Source: Hydrolagus affinis
Lineage: Eukaryota
Direction: 5' to 3'
DNA length: 52,276 nucleotides
NCBI GenBank assembly: GCA_012026655.1
Contig: JAAILG010002643.1
Location: 1 to 52,276, forward strand
Of this stretch, positions 49,827 to 52,276 are shown one piece after another. The position numbers and the translations under genes are program-made. A model generated the notes under the pieces. That model did not search any database and was not told the DNA's origin. It was given only the letters and a program-made list of their open reading frames with translations. The first letter of the stretch is position 1, and the number at the start of each line of letters is the position of its first letter.

Positions 49827-50013
49827 ACAACAACAAAATTATATTTGTATAATGCCTTTCACATCAGGTGGTGTTTGTAGGATATTGCCGAGTGCAAATT
49901 TCACCCACCAATACACAATCACTATACTTTACAGTAAAATCCTATGAGGCGCTTTGGGACTTCCTCCCAATGTGAAAGGTGCGCTACTAAATGGAAGTAT
50001 TATTATTATTATT
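49827..50013. mobile_element. Back-to-back L2/SINE tails (minus 49827-49870, plus about 49885-50013)
   Basis: aacaacaacaaaattatatttgtataatgcctttcac on the left. GCGCTTTGGGACTTCCTCCCAATGTGAAAGG..(ATT)n on the right. Confidence 0.75.
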
Positions 50014-50904
50014 ACAATGCTAACATCTACTGACAAAGGATTGATGTGGCAGGGTAAGAGAGGGGATGGTTGTCCCTATGCAAATTACATTTTAAATTGG
50101 ATTTTGCTGTGTGCAAGAATCCCTGTGGTTCTGGGAGCCCTGGAGAACATATAGGAATAAAGACGATTTATTTCCTCCTCCAAAGTAAAAGCTAATGTAG
50201 AGAGGAGAGTACATACTAGTGGTATTTTCTCATGTGAAACTACAAAACTCCCTGCTATAAATATTCACCACATTTAATTAACCCACATTTAAGCCCTAAT
50301 CAGTTAATTCTTCAAAGTCTTCACATCAGAGCCTCACACCTTCCCTGTTGTGGTTCTAATGTCATGATGATACTGCATTTTGGAAAACAGTTCAAACCTC
50401 AAATTGGCTAAAATCCAATCTCTAAAATGTAATACAGTTTACCCAATTTATGCATGCTGTATCGGTGCCAGTTTAAGCGAGGCTCGACTCAGAGATGTAT
50501 TTAATGCCAATACCATTCAGACTATGCCAAGATAACCTGGCATGCGTTCCACAGATGAATCTCTTTCTGTTCTGGTCAGTGAATTCGCCTCTGCTCCACT
50601 TTCCCTACCACACCATATATCATATTGCATCTGCCCATTCCATCTGTTACAGCTGCTATTTCACTTTATCTCTCACTCCATGAAGTGTAAAGAATTGTTT
50701 GCTTGTGTAGGGTTCTTCGGGATTTTCTCCCAGAAGAGGTAGATAAGTCTATGGAGGAGGCAGTTGGAGAGTTCTCTCAGCATGCACCAAGTGGGATATT
50801 GTACAGTGGCTTTTATTGTTGCCACATGTAAAGATAATGATGTGCCAAGAGGTTGGATGACATGCTCAATCCAATGATGATTGGGGAATAAGATTTTAAC
50901 TATC

Positions 50905-51090
50905 AGGTGTCAGCCGGGCTCAACATTGTTGCCTTCCCAACTCTGAGACAAAAGTTATGCGTTTAAGCCTCATGTCAGCATTTGAGATCATTGTGCAAAC
51001 TGAAACTCCAGTGAAGCATTGGGAAAGCCCCGCATTGTCAGAGGTGGTGTCCTATGAAAACCCAGCTGCCTATTCTTCAGGTGGAGATTG
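50905..51090 (+). mobile_element. 5' half of a degraded DeuSINE-like element
   Basis: CTCTGAGACAAAAGTT, ACTCCAGTGAAGCATTGGGAAAG, CATTGTCAGAGGTG and TCAGGTGGA align with the copies at 24181 and 49020. Confidence 0.65.
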
Positions 51091-51951
51091 ATTTTTTGCA
51101 TTGTCTGTAACATTGCTCCTCTGACGTCCGCATTTCCTTTCAATTGATTTTCCTGATTTCTACATTATTCAATTTAACAGTTTTCGTTTCCTACCGATAT
51201 TAAGTTTCCTCGTCAATACATGCAGGCTTTTAAGTTAAGTTTTGGGCTGTTTTGATAAAACAGCCCATAGTTGCTGAACTAAACACAATGATATGTGTTT
51301 AAGCATAGAGACTGACTCAGTAAAGAAGCGCGGGTATGATCAGTCAATTAAACTGTCAGGAACAATCCTTCCTACGGTCTGCCATCTGTGAGGAAAACAT
51401 TTGGCAGTCTTGTCTAGTTGAATATGAACATCTCTCTGGCTTCTGCTACATCCATTTCTTCATTGTTTCGCAGTCTGAAGTGTAGACTGCTGACGAAGTT
51501 GGACACTTGACTTTATTATGTACACGGTTGCTGCAATGTTACAGGAAAATGTCGCAACATTGGGAAGGTGGTGGTCAGAAACCACTGTGCATTGGGAGCT
51601 GATTCACAGTTGCAGTTTTCAATCAAAAATTTTGGCTTGGGAAAGGCAGCAAGTAGGACTTTGGGATCACAGTTTAATATCCTGAGCTCAAATAGAGGCA
51701 TGGGTTTGGAACAAAGGAGCTATGCTGGTGAGCTCAGAAATGGGTTGGTTGTACAAAATGGGAGCTGAGCGAAGATTATCTGGAGAGCTTAAAAAGCATA
51801 GAACGAGGACAGAGAAGCAGATTCTCTAAAGCGGTTGGAAAGACCAGGAAAAACGTGGATCTGCAATTAAAATGACTATTATGAAAACAGAAGTTGGACA
51901 AAGGAGGAGTAAGGAAAGGGGAGGAAGATTTTTAATGTAAAGAGTGAAACC

Positions 51952-52276
51952 TTTACACGCTCCCTCTGGGCGATGTCATCCGCAAACATGGGGTAAATTT
52001 CCACATGTATGCGGACGACACCCAGCTGTACCTTTCTGCCTCATCCCTCAACCCCCAGACCATTGATGTTCTGACAGCATGTCTGTCCGACATTGAGTCC
52101 TGGATGAGGGACAACTTCCTGCAATTGAATGTGAGTAAGACCGAGGCCCTCCTGATCGGCTCAAGCCAGCGCCTCCGCACATCGGGCGCTGCCAGCCTCA
52201 ACATCCAAGGCTGCACTCTCCACCTCACAAAGCCAATCAGGAACCTCGGCATCATGTTCGATCAAAAACTCTCCTT
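51952..52276 (+). mobile_element. L2-clade LINE, 5'-truncated, reverse transcriptase fragment running off the window
   Basis: Open frame from 51954: YTLPLGDVIRKHGVNFHMYADDTQLYLS...WMRDNFLQLNVSKTE...IRNLGIMFDQKLS. YADD at 52008-52019, abrupt GC/CpG increase, no stops. Confidence 0.95.

Noticed and set aside
1045-50013. Recurring ~35 bp motifs as a CRISPR-like or other novel repeat array
   Set aside because: Irregularly dispersed on both strands and degenerate. They are retroposon 3' tails in a eukaryotic locus with no cas genes.
43400-51950. Exons of a downstream neighbour gene (SNX20 follows NKD1 in human)
   Set aside because: No recognisable PX-domain or other coding exon seen in either orientation.
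51953-52255. 100 aa minus-strand ORF
   Set aside because: Antisense shadow of the L2 reverse transcriptase frame.

Overview
AT-rich vertebrate genomic DNA, most likely a cartilaginous fish judging by the SINE/LINE repertoire (inference). The window holds the 3' part of nkd1 (naked cuticle homolog 1, a Wnt feedback antagonist) on the + strand. Seven coding exons (19047-19104, 30777-30880, 33549-33644, 37421-37565, 38651-38735, 39098-39228, 40109-40692) splice in frame with GT-AG boundaries to 1203 nt (400 aa + stop). They include the EF-hand/EFX Dishevelled-binding region, the RRNHYLDLAGIENY motif and the C-terminal poly-His tail. The first exons lie upstream of the window, so 1-19046 is intron, and a 3'UTR of up to about 2.7 kb follows the stop. 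The rest is intronic/intergenic DNA with tRNA-derived SINEs (DeuSINE/SacSINE1-like, AmnSINE2-like), L2-type 3' tails, degraded CR1 LINE pieces, a nested pair of Tigger/pogo-type DNA transposons and a young L2 reverse transcriptase fragment at the right edge. I see no convincing novel multi-gene system. The best leads are an excess of consensus TCF/LEF sites across the gene body, nested and modular transposons, 3'UTR regulatory motifs and one decayed unidentified ORF. Repeat family names come from recalled consensus sequences rather than searches, and repeat boundaries are approximate.
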